Shown here: piece after piece, positions 51,546 to 64,000 of the stretch
How positions within the stretch are numbered: the stretch's first letter is position 1
How the letters are laid out: each line of letters begins with the position of its first letter
NCBI GenBank assembly: GCA_051362555.1
Contig: CM120642.1
Coordinates: forward strand, 27,218,001-27,282,000
DNA: 64,000 nucleotides
Direction of reading: 5' to 3'
From: Lingula anatina
Lineage: Eukaryota; Animalia; Brachiopoda
Notes under the pieces: generated by a model
Databases searched by the model: none
Told to the model about the DNA's origin: nothing
What the model saw: the letters and a program-made list of their open reading frames with translations, nothing else
Program-made: the position numbers and the translations under genes

Positions 51546-53892
51546 CTTTATTGAACTGCTTTCCATTATCAGCTTGGTTATCGAAATTATTTGAAAAACA
51601 AAGCTGAAACTTTTTCCAATACGTTTATTCTGGAATTTTTGATAAACACCAAAGTTCATAATAACAGTTCTGATAAAAGACCAGAAAGCATGGATAGAAC
51701 CATTGATATCTCCAGTGAAACTTCTGGATTTAATGAATTTATATAGACAACTTTTATGTCAGTATATTCCAAAGAAATATAATAAAAGTGTATTTCTCTT
51801 AATATACATTTTATTGAAGTTTGGAAAAAAAAATAATAAAAAACAAGATAACCAAATATTCATTAAAATGCACAAGGACATCTGTGATAGTTGTTTTTGC
51901 AAGTTAAATAAAATGTTGTTTGGGATTGTGCTTTCTGTAAGCTGTAAGTATAAAATTTCTGTACATATAGGCTTTCTTGGGATTTTCATACACTTTTCCC
52001 AAATAATGGACTTGACTATTTAAAAGACAAATTGTATTATCACAGATGTAAGTACATGTATGTTTCAACCTGGAACTAAGAAGAAGACACATTTCAGTGT
52101 AGATTAATTTGATCAGCAGCTCTTGACAAGGACATTCTGTACGTCACTGTAATAACTTGAGTGTATAACATTCATTAATGAAAAAAAAAAAAAAAAACGG
52201 AAAAAATTCAGACATGGAGAGAGTGCCTGTCCAATTAGTCTTGGCTGCTTGAAATGCCAGAGGACCTATAAGATTTTTCATATCCCTGGTCCTCTGGACT
52301 GACAAGGTTTATGTGAAAATACAATACATAATAATAATAATAATAAATAACATGTAAACATAGACTAACGAGAACAAAATATTTAGTTCGGACCAGCTCA
52401 GAACTGGGAGGACCTGCACATTTCTTGTACTGTAGTGCAGGTTCTCTGGACCATTAGTATCTCCTAAAATTCACTTAAGTTCACTGTGTTCTTTGGCTTG
52501 TAAAGTACATTGTAATTGCAGTTTGATTGCTTTATGACAATACTTAAAAAAAAATATATATTTATACTTTCAATTCTCTCAGAGTCAGTAAATAGGAAAT
52601 ACTCCAAGAAAATGCTCTGTAAAACGTAAGGGGTGGTTAAAAGGATCATCAGCGATACATAATTTTGCACCAATAAAATAACCATTGCATGCTGAATATG
52701 ACGTACAATGCACTTGACATGTTACATCACTTGTATTGAGGAAATTAGGGCATGTTTACAACTATGGAATATTTTATGTCATATTTAACTTTTTAATAAT
52801 GTTTTTAGTATATACATTATAAGAAAATACACCACACCTTAAAAGAGGCCTATATGCAAAAAGTTGTACACAAAGTGGCCTATATAATGGGATCAACCAA
52901 TGAATGTGGAAAAATGTTTGTGAGGACCAGTCACAAACATTTATCTACCGTACCACCCCAACCATTACCCACCTTGTGATATATCTTACTGGTAATACCA
53001 TTATTTTAAGCTCCACTACACTGGATTTAATCTCAAATTCTGGAATAACATAAAACTATAAAAATATATACTATTAACACCTATACAATGATATGTTAGA
53101 CACCATTTATGGAAATATATGACATAAGAATGTAATAAAAGCAGTAACAACTTTATGAGAGACTGGAACATAAGCCCAGAATTTTTAGCCATTTCTTTCA
53201 AACTAGAGGCCATATAAAACTTTGTAATACAATACTACCTCATAGTGCATTAAGTAAGTTTTATCTTGAGTTTTGGAACAGCCTCTAAAATCTACATGTA
53301 CAGCAAGGTCTGTTTGCACTCAACATGTTTTCATATATCTTGATCTGAGCGGCATCAGTTAGTTAGGTAACGAACACTCCTTTCTCCAGTTGCAGAGGTG
53401 CTTCTATGTTCCTTACCTAAAATAATAACATAAAATGAGGACAAAATATTAAAACGAGTTGCAGCACAGCTTCTGTTACAAAATAATGTACTTAACATTT
53501 TTACCTTAACTTAATTTATACAGTTAATAGCAAAATTGTCATATATTTATATTTACTAGTAAGCCATTTAATATTTATCATTCACAAAACTCCTTTTATT
53601 TTTTTTATTTTAATCCCCAATAAATGCCTTTGAACTGAATATCAGTTACAATTTCCACTGAATGTGGGCACTGCTAATTATTCCAATCTGTCCTGAAATA
53701 TTTACTCGTAATGAAAAAATTAATAAGGAAAAAATATTTAAATAAATAAAAAGAAATAAATCCTAATTCTTTGTAAAAAATATTTACTTGTGATGAAAAA
53801 ATTAATAAGGAAAAGAAATATATAAATAAATAAAAAGAAAGAAACCGTAATACTTTGTAAAAACAATAATTCACCTTGTGTTTACTCAGAAA

Positions 53893-56800
53893 TCATAAAT
53901 CCATCAGCAGTGATGCGCATCTCTCGTGACCAATGGCAAGTAGAATCTCGTGTAACTTGCCTACCGTGGCATCCATCTTTTTCTCCCAACAAGCCAAAAC
54001 TTTCTCAAATGGCCGCCTCTCACTCTGCGCCCACAGTGCGATAAGATTCTGGTAATTTTCTATACCCATCAGTTCAGCTGCCAGCCTCCAATCTTTTCCT
54101 AAAAATAACATGTAAAATATCTATGTTTAATCTCTCCCTCTTTTTCTCTCGCTTTCTGTGTTTGTGTTTGTTAAATTGACACATCTCAGTACTATCTGAT
54201 ACTGTTAGTACTGCAACATCTAACTTGGTATACAAATAAAGTTTTATATTAATTTTTTTAGTTTCCACTCAGCTGAGTCATTATTTCACATCATTACAAA
54301 ATATTTGCTGCCAATACACAGAATAATGTGTTGTACATGACAAATATGTGAGAGCTGATAAAAGCACTGAAGATTACGAGCCAATACATCAATGCACTTG
54401 AACAATAAACAAATGACCATGTGGTAAGAAAGGATGGGTTTAATAGGTCCATTTCTGTGGAAATACAAACAATGAAAGTAAGCGATTTGACGTGTGTGTA
54501 ATTAATTTGATGATTTGAACAAACTGATCAACCGAAGCAAAAAAGCTACTGACCATCGTCACTTGTAATGCTGACATGGCAGACAATTTCATTTATCTTA
54601 GAAAATGGAACTTGTGATATATGCAGCTCAGCTTGCTCAAGTTTCCTCTTTGACTCTGAAATGCATAAAAAATATATATATTGTATTGGTATATATAGCT
54701 TTCTTTCCATTTTAACTGTGAAACATTGATTACAATTGTGACATTTTTTTATTTAAAAAAATAAATAATCAAAATTTTCATTTGTTATGATCCCAAAGTA
54801 AAAAAAAAAAACTACCAAGGGCAAATCAGATGTTTCAATGATTTTATATTACAACAGTAAATGCTGCTAATATGCAAAGCCTTCAAAAGCACTTTATTGG
54901 TTTGTTGTTTCTCACACCTTTGTCAAATGGTTTTTGATCTTTTGTTGACTCTAATGGCTGACTAATGAAAGATTGCAGCAGGTCTGCCAAATCCCTTCGA
55001 TTGCATGTCACCAAAGCTGTTATCAGTAGTCCGAGATCTGTCTTTGGAGATACAGCATCCACTGCCTCAAGGACTTCTTTGATATTTTTCTCACCCTTAA
55101 AATATTTTTTAAAATTATCATTTACATTTTTATCTTGTTAAATTTATTTTCCTTGATTCTCTAATTTTTGAAGGTCTTGACTTTGTTTTTCATGAGTCAC
55201 TATTTAATCGTTAAAGAGAGGTACTCTAATAATTTCAAGGTTCACCCTTTGATAACTAAAGAGAAGTACTCTAATGGTCTTTAAAAATATGGAATCGGCT
55301 GTTTCAAGGACTTATTTGAGATTCAATTCATCCCTGCTATATTAAAACTGATAATTTACATATGTGACTTTTTTCCTTTTCCTTTCAGAACTAAACAATA
55401 TTTAATAAAGTACAATCAGTAAGTCTAATTGTGAAGCACAACCACATTCCAGCTGTACATGGATGCTCTCTTTCAGTACCTTAAACACATGCTTGGCAGA
55501 GGGGCTGATATTAAGGTTGTTCGAAAATGTTTCCAACTCTTCCTCTGTCATCATGGGCATTGCAGCCAGGTCTTTATATGCAGCAGGATTTGAAGAAAAA
55601 TCCAAACCAAAATATTCAGTTGTAGCTGAAGCACCCTCTGCGCTTTCTGTAGGAAACAAAATGAATTGTGTGAATTTTTAAAGATGCATTTGAAGTCAAA
55701 TTTCTGCCACAAAACCCAACCAAACTCTTCCATACCATTTCAAATAGCATAACTTAAAGAAATACCAAAGGGCATTTCTTATTTTTTGAAAAATGATATT
55801 TGAATTAATATTTTCTGCTTTCTTTCTGTGCTATACAGGGGCGGATTTAGGCCGTCTTCTGGGTCTTCCGGAAGACGGTCAGATTTTCAAGTTTACATTA
55901 ACGGGTAACTAATTTTTCTGTCGGAAGACGGTCAAAAATGAAGAATGGATCAACAAAGATAATTTGGAAGACTGTCAGAAAATATGTCTGAATCCGCCCC
56001 TGCTATATATACCATATTACTCCTTTTTGGCAACTCATGTGAATAACTGTGATATTGTGCTAACAGGAGTAATGCATCATACAGATCAGTTCGGCAGACT
56101 TTTATGAACTGGAGGAATGAACAAGTGTAGGTCAATTAAGGCCAGAAATATAAAGGTGTTGTTTTAAAGTTCTTTTATGGTTGATCAAGAGATTAAATTT
56201 TTCCCTTGGTATGCCAACTTTATTCTGGTTTATTTGAGTCATACACATGTAAGAAACTAGTAAAAGTGGTTTATATGCATTAAAAGGAATCCAAGCTCGC
56301 TTCAAGTAAATTTAAGTCTTGTGTCTTATTGACTACATTTAAGTGCAAATAAAAAAAAATCAATTTATATGAGTTCATTTGCAGACACTGACATATACAC
56401 ACACATGCTAGTGCACACATAAACAAAGGTTCAGACATAGAAACCCAATTAATTCATGAGTAGATTAATAATAATCTTTTTGAAATCAAATCAAATTGAC
56501 TGTACTAGTACCTCGAACATGGGGCTGCTCTCCAAATGTGGGCTGTTCTGTGATCATTTCGGGCCCTGCACTCTCCAATACAGGCACCTTCAGTTCATCC
56601 ATCTTTGTCATATCCTCAACCACAGTATCAGGGCTGCTGCTAGTGACAGAGTCATCTTGGAGATTGGCATCTTCAGGTTGTTGTGATCTTGAAATCCCTG
56701 GCTGGTGGAGACCTTAAAAAAGTATTCACAAGAATGTCCTGTTGAAGGGGGGGGGGGGGGGGGGGATCCAGTTGTCAGGATAAAAACCATCAATTTCACA

Positions 56801-57124
56801 TTAAATAAAACTTTATCCATATCTCGTTGAAAAAGCAGGAAATAACAGTTGAAAATCACAAATCACTGAGAAAAATGAGGAGTAAAAAGGCGCATAAAGA
56901 GTTACAGGAATGGGGGTTTTCACAGATCATGCCTACAAAAATACAAACGTTTCATGCATCTTGGGAAATAAAAAGTGGCTTTCATGGGTAACAGAAATAC
57001 CCAATGGGACTCTCTCAGTCACAATGTGTCATGTATGACATTAATTACTGTATATTGAGTCCAAAATTAATTGCATACATGTAGTCTGTAATTCATAGTT
57101 TATTTTCACTTGTTCTATAACTGC

Positions 57125-57158
<34 letters not shown>

Positions 57159-58391
57159 TAATACTAAAATGGTAAAATGGTATGGAACTTGAATCAAATA
57201 ATTTTTAGTGCATATCAAATTTAATTCTGTGCATAGGGTATGTGTTGATAATTTAGCTAATTAAGGGGGTACAGGTTTGAAACAATTTGTGGTATATTTT
57301 GTGTGATAAAACATTTCTCATTGGTCATTCTGGATAGATGACTTATCTGGTGAACTGGTGAACTACTTCATGCAGTATGCAGTAGCCTCCAGTTTACAAA
57401 CACTCATGCAATACAGTACCAATGCATTTGGCAAAATAAAGGACTTTTAATCAAACACAGTGCTGTGTTCTGAGATCATAACTCCGGCTACTATGCATAA
57501 TGCACAGTGCATACCCTATATATACAAGTATATACTAGTATACACATGCAACTATTTCGATCCATCATATTACCTGCCCTCAGTAACTCCACAAGATGCA
57601 TAAGCCCAAGGTCTTCCAATGCACCGATGAAGACTTCAAATGCCCATGGTTCCTTTGTCATTAAACACTGTAACAGGATCCTGGATCTTTCTGAAGCAGT
57701 GACTCCATCTAGTATCTTTTTCTCATCCTCTGAAGTAAAAACCTGAAAAATTATATTCATTTATTATCATAAATTTGTTTAATGATTTCAACCACATGTA
57801 AAAATATTAAAATGTTTATGCTTTCATTCCTAACTGACAAACAACAGGTTCTTTTCAAAAGTTTAATGGTTTATCAAATGCTGACATCAAAAAAATTTTT
57901 AAGGGGAAAAAATGATCATACTAACAAATACCATAAAATGAAACACTTCCTTGTATCCCGTGAAAAAGCAGCACAAAAAAGTTTTTGCACAGTAATTTAA
58001 ACGCCTATTAAAATTTCTGTGACTGAATGTGAACCCCTAAACTTATGCTTGGAAATCCCCGTAAGTGTGAGCCGTGGTAATTAAAAAAGAAAATTCCCTA
58101 AAGGTGACAACTCAGCCAACAGTACAACTAATCCATGTCAATATTTGTTAGAATTTTCTGACGTCTGGAGAGTCGAGTGGCATTGCAATATTCACGACTG
58201 GAAAGCCCCTGGGTTATAGACAAGATAAGTGTGTACAGTAGATGCGAATAAAATCAATTGCATGTGTGATTCACATCATAAAGTAATGCTATACTTACAT
58301 TGCTCATCCGATAGAGAACTCGATGTGGCTCCAGGTGCTTGCATAAGGTTTCTTCGTTTATCTGGATGAGATTACGAAACTGATCTGACAT
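53893..58391 (-). CDS. CARD plus death-domain adaptor (RAIDD/CRADD-like architecture) with a possible extra central death fold; 7 coding exons
   Basis: Exons 58391-58299, 57742-57574 (CARD: ERSRILLQCLMTKEPWAFEVFIGAL), 56712-56512, 55646-55480, 55095-54918, 54655-54554 and 54098-53893 (DD: DWRLAAELMG..EKVLACW..ATVGKLHEILLAIG). Phases are consistent. Confidence 0.8.
55836..56002. mobile_element. hAT-like MITE
   Basis: TIR CAGGGGCGGATT/AATCCGCCCCTG, flanked by direct repeats CTATA. Confidence 0.75.
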
Positions 58392-58710
58392 CTCCGAAGT
58401 TCTAAAAGAAAACCGATCAGAAAACCACGCAGTGTGAGCAGTCGGAGTCAGTGGCAATGATGGGAATTCCTTCAATGGGAATTCCCGTCAACGAAAACGA
58501 GGCAATACGTCATTGCTATTTTTATCTATTTTAAGTGCCCTCTATTTCACATATATTTATCCTCAGGAAGGAAGAAAGTGACCAGAGGAGACATGATCCG
58601 CGTTCGTGTATTTGTTGTGAATTAAGAGGTCATCTTTCTATTCTTTCACACCAAATTTTCTATTTATTCGAAACGACAATCCCAGCACTCCATCTGTAAG
58701 AAAAGTCCCC
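58051..58710. promoter_or_regulatory. Cluster of NF-kB/Rel-type binding sites around exon 1 of the CARD-DD gene
   Basis: GGGGATTTCC (58051, -), GGGAATTTTC (58089, -), GGGGCTTTCC (58200, -), GGGAATTCCT (58462), GGGAATTCCC (58477) and GGGACTTTTC (58700, -). Confidence 0.7.
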
Positions 58711-59516
58711 GGATGATAACACAGCAAGACGATGGTTGGAGCGGAGCGAAGATGACGAGCTTCTTTTCAAGTCTTTTAAATAAACTTTTACCAGCTAGGA
58801 GAGCAACCAGCTATGCGGAAGCGAAAGAAAACCAAGTCTTCGTTTACGGAGAAAAGACTAAGTAGGTATTGCAGTTAATTAAGAGGGTCAGTAGAGCTGA
58901 GATTGGGAGACTCGTTCCATGACTTTCAAGCTTTGCATTGACGTACACGTAAGACTGTATCCGCCGGTGTATATAAGTTTTTGCTTTTAAAAAATGTTTG
59001 CGTTCTTGATGCAGTGATCAATGGCATTTATAAAGGAGATCAGTTTATGAAATATGCATTTCGAGTATTAACTCGATAAATTTGCTCATTAACATCATAA
59101 TTATTGTCTCAATTAGATGTGTCAAGCTATGATTTATTTGAACATAGCTCCCCTTAATAAAACTGTGAAGCCGGCTGTCTTGACAATAAAGACATCGAAC
59201 GCATTTATATCAACGTAGCAAGCACGAATATAGGTGATAGAAATGATTTTTATCAAGTTTCCAACTCGTTGATGCCACTAGTTTTAGCGTGCAAATTATA
59301 TGATATTTTATCGCTGGGTATTTAATTTGTGAAGTAGATTTTTTTGCTTGGTTTGTCAGCCCTTTGGACGAAAGATTTTCTATATATTTTTTTCTTTTCT
59401 ATCTATAACTTAGTTTGCCAACAGTTAAGTTAGTTTGTTAGTTTGCCAACAGTCAACTGAGATTCTAAAGGATTTTAAGCAACATGAGATTATTTATTTT
59501 AAAAATTAATTGACCA

Positions 59517-59526
59517 ATTATTATTA

Positions 59527-59570
<44 letters not shown>
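59517..59570. repeat. (TTA)n microsatellite
   Basis: Seen directly. Confidence 0.9.
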
Positions 59571-59573
<3 letters not shown>

Positions 59574-62055
59574 TTTCATGGTTGGAATGGTGGTCCCCCC
59601 TCCAGAGTTTTTACTCATAAATTCAAGATATTTGCCATTGTTTAAAATTTTATTTCATTATTAAAGTGCGCAGTCATCTAGTATAGCACCAGCACTTTCA
59701 AACAGTTTGGGCTTGTCGAACTTGATGTAAACTTTGGATTCATGGTAACAGGCTTATTAAAAGAATTTAACTTACAAAAAACATTAATATTATTGATGTC
59801 ATTTCTCTTATAACTTAATGCTCTCCTTGAGTACATTGTTTAAAGATATGTTCTTCTGCAGATGCCAACATTTTAGAATTTCAATTAGAATCAAATCATT
59901 GCCTTAAAGACACGGAATCCTTGCCTAAAAGACATGCTGCTGATCAAAATAACTATCAGGTTTTCAAGGAGCTCCTATATTTAGCACCTGATGGTAATTG
60001 CTCATTCAAATAGCACTATAGCCAGGCCATGAGTTAGCTGTAGCCAAATCATTACTTTAAGTCAAGATGGAAGTATATATTGACAAATGTAGCACTTATG
60101 CTCAGACTGAATAGAAACTGAGTTAACTTGGGTATTTATTCTTATTGCCTGATGTATCCCTTAATCTCATTCTTATATCAGATAATTACTCACAGCAGCC
60201 ACTTGAATACATGTACCAATCTGATAGAGGTCTTCATCTGGATCTCAGATGAATTGGTGTATCGAGTTACTTTTTATGCCAGTGTGTTGCATATTTTTGA
60301 AAGAAAAAAAGAGAACTAGAACAATTTCCAGTTATTAGAAACATATGAAACATGTCCTCATTTACCTTATGTGCGTTTTGCATTTTGGTAAAGGAAAGCG
60401 CAAGGGGTTAGTTACACAGAGAAACCTGTGACTAAGACCGTATTCAGATTCACGCAATGTACTAGCTGTATTATTATTAATTTTATTAATAATTAGTTAA
60501 TTTATTTTGGTGAACTGCTATCGCTATTTATATGTCCTGAATTGAACCAGACTAAAAATTTTAGTCCTTAGTCTATTTTTATTCAGAACTAATACAAAGC
60601 ATACACAACAACATATAAAAATAGTGTACAAAAATACTTATACACAGATATATATATGTATACAAATTTTATCAAAGAGATTTGAACTGCGTCTTTCCAT
60701 TTCTCTTCCAGTCATCTGATCTGTTGTAAATGTAAACAATTTATTTACAATACTGGCATTTTGCCCTTTCTTATCAATTGTTTAGTCACCCTGGTGTATA
60801 CTAAAATATCTTTTTAAAAGCAAATATTGGCTGCTAGCTGGCAGTTGGGAAATGGGTTAAATCTACAGTCTATTTTTAAATTTTTTTTCTTTCATACTGA
60901 TACTTATTTTCATGTACAATGAGATAAACATGCCCCTGTTGCCTATTATTTTGTAATTAAAAAATTTTAATTACATCTCTGAAGTGTATGCACGATGAAC
61001 TGTGTTTAAGCTTTTTATTTCTTTTCTTTGTCTGATAGTGATAGTCACATGCAGTGAGTTACGTGCTGTTGATGGTGACTCCACATAGCTTACTGATGCA
61101 TCATGTGATCAGCTCAACTCAGTACCAAACTCGACTCATTAATAATTGTTTATTGGTTAAAACTCAAAAGTATGAGATGTTTGACTTTAGAAAATAAACT
61201 TTGTGCAGATAAATTTGATGGTTAATTACAGACAAGATTCAACAAAGGGCCATTTTGATGAAAAATTGGGGAATTAATGAAAGAAAAGGGTGCTTTGTGT
61301 ATTGTGTACTTAAAAACAGGAATGAAGATCAGTGAAAACAGGATCGGTGTGGTTATCTTAATACAGAGAATCACTCACCTTATTGTATTGGTGAATATGC
61401 ACAGTGCATGTGGTTAACTACTGTCCATTGTTCACTTAAAGTAAAGCATGAGTGCTTCTTTTCATACACTTGTTGTCAAAATGTGCTTTTCTTGTAGTTT
61501 GTACTTATTTCTGTAGCCGAGTAGAATGACTATTTTTTTTTTTGTTTTTGGTAATTGAGTAATTTTTCGAAAATGATTTCTCAACCCAACCTCTAGCTGT
61601 TAAGGTTGTATTTGACATTTATTTTTTGTGTAAAAGCCTAAAAGGAAAACCATAATTTCATCAAATTAAATAACGTGGAACGTCATCTACGAGGAAGTGT
61701 ATTTTTCAAAATCTGAGCTGTACCTATCTGTTGGTTTCACAATTCCTTGTGTGGACAGTGATAATGTAAATGTGCCAGTCATGTATATTGCAGTTTTGCA
61801 ATATGATCACCTAAATCGCTTATCGTGATTGTTATGTGAATAGAATTAGATGGAACATTGACAAAAATGAATAAGGTTGTCCTTGATTGAAATATGTGTA
61901 ATCTAATCTGTGTACCTTGGTTTATTTGAATGATTACAAGTCTGCAATCAGCCAAACACTCTGTAATATCACAGCTATTTGATAACAGGTATTCAGATTA
62001 GAAATAAAAGAAACTAGTGTTGCGACACATTTGATAGGTGAATATTAACTATATA

Positions 62056-62058
<3 letters not shown>

Positions 62059-62119
<61 letters not shown>

Positions 62120-62131
62120 GGGGGGGGGGGG
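62059..62131. repeat. (GT)n microsatellite followed by a G run
   Basis: Seen directly. Confidence 0.9.
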
Positions 62132-64000
62132 CAGGACTTGTGCCATTGCATAAAATTTTAGTTGTGATTAAAAATAATTTACTTTGGTTAAAGTGAATGT
62201 GGAATGTGTTTTTCTATTTGTATATTTAATAATGACTTGCCCAAACTGTGCATTGAATGATCTCTGTGAAAATTAAAATCACAGAGATTATTTGGTGATA
62301 TGAGAGAGAGAGAGAGAGAGAGAGAAAATGTGGTCACATTGATCTCGGTATAAATTAAAATCAGAGCTTATTGGGGATGAGAGAGAGAGAGAGAGAGAAA
62401 GAAGAGAAAAATATTATCAACTTCCCAAGTCTTTCATTACTGGTTTTATCACTTTTTGGGGGGAACAGTCATTACTTATTCTTTTTACAAATCATGACTT
62501 GCATTGTTGAGCTGCCTATTAATTTTAACACCTCTATCACCTGTCCTCCCACGGCCCACCTGTAGTAATTTTGATGTGGCTTTGGCTCTACTCATAAAAG
62601 CAGTGTCATGTTTGTGGGCGATCAAATTTCTCATAAAGGTATTAACAGTTTTTTTTTCTCAATAAGATAAACTTGAGTTTGTTTAGACATTTGTGTGTAG
62701 AATAAAAAAAAAAAAAAAAGAAAAAAAATCCATGTGACTGAAAGGGGATAATTGATTAAGTGAAAAATTGGACATTTTGCTGATTTAAAAACAAAAAAAG
62801 TACTGTGATTTTACTCTTTTTAAAGGATATGCACATTTCTTGTGAGCACTGTAATAGCTGGAAAGCAGTGAGCACTTCAAACTCTCAGGGATTACTTATT
62901 GTTCTGCTGGTCATGTTTGAAACTGGGAATGCCCTGATTATTTTTTTAAATACCTTTTCAATGATTTTGGCTTTGTGGAGTGGACTGTGTATTATCCAAA
63001 TAGTAAATATTATTCATAACAGTTTCATAAGCATACTGTATATTTTTTTGAGAAATTGATAATCTTCATTAAAATACCATATTGTGAAATCAAAAGAAGG
63101 AGTTTAAGTTTTGGTTTTCTTCAGGATTAAAATCATGTGTCACTGACTGAGCAAGATAAAGAATTTGTCTCACTTTGTCATCTGTGATAAAAGTTCATAC
63201 ACACAGGTTAAATGGGTTGTTGACTTCATGATACAACCAGGGTCAAAATTACTGGTGGCAACTGTCCAAGTTCTGTAGAATAAAAGATAAAACCCTGACG
63301 AACATAGCTTGTTTTTACCAAATTCATATGTTTACACAGGTTTGATACAGATTGCAAGCCAGTGCATTTCTCCTTAATTGCAGTGTTTTATCTGAAATGT
63401 GCTTATCAAGCCAACCTATGCTGTTAACCACCTTTTACAGAAAAGTTGATCATTATACCTGGAATCCTGATTTTGGGTTTCCTCTGCAGTTTGAACATAT
63501 AGGGCACTATTTATTCTATTTTTCAAAGTGGGAGGAGTAATTAAAGAAAAAAAAAAACGTTGCCGTATTTTATCAGTGAAGAGGAGTATTTAGTCTCCAC
63601 CCTCTGTTATCAGTTTCAATCCTGATATACGGCAGGTAGATTAATCCAAATCATTTAAAAGATAGCGACAAGGGGGTCATGAAGTCAAAATTGTCCAAAA
63701 ATATAAATCTGTTTAAAAAGTGAGGATTTTATCCAGTGTAGACAAATTGGAAATGTTTTAACTTGTATATAGAAGTTCTAAGAACTGTAAATATTAAGAT
63801 ATTTTAAGAAGGATGAAAAATTCACTTTTCTGAAGGCGTATGTTTCATGTCCGAAGAATTCTCTACCTTGGCCATTCATAAACCTCCACACCATTTTTAA
63901 GGTGGTCAGGTGTCTTGTAAAACTGTCTGGACATTTAAAGGTATTAAACTGCCCAGACAAACTGTACATTTCTGCCAATTATATGGTGATAAGAAGGATA

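Noticed and set aside
63778-63978. 66-aa minus-strand ORF at the window end
   Set aside because: Could be an exon on either strand, but no recognisable motif or partner exon is visible; left uncalled.

Overview
AT-rich, intron-rich genomic DNA from an invertebrate animal (species not identifiable from this window). The left 39.6 kb is a tandem segmental duplication. The downstream unit (~19.2-39.6 kb) holds an apparently intact secreted astacin metalloprotease with six MAM domains (+), an antisense intron-containing tRNA-Phe(GAA) in one of its introns, and a TMEM26/TMEM236-like membrane protein gene (-). The upstream unit (1-19.2 kb, starting before the window) is a damaged paralog with many insertions. 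These include a Helentron/DINE-like composite carrying a neurocalcin terminal exon, a fold-back Tc1 derivative, an Academ-like element, MITEs and a probable Tc1 excision footprint. The right part holds PSMD5 (+), with an NHL-repeat gene and a 'short-chain collagen C4'-like secreted protein gene nested antisense in its introns. Beyond it is a convergent CARD/death-domain adaptor gene (-) whose 5' end carries a dense cluster of NF-kB-type sites. Exon structures were read by eye from ORFs, splice sites and intron phases; family assignments come from recognised motifs, not database searches.
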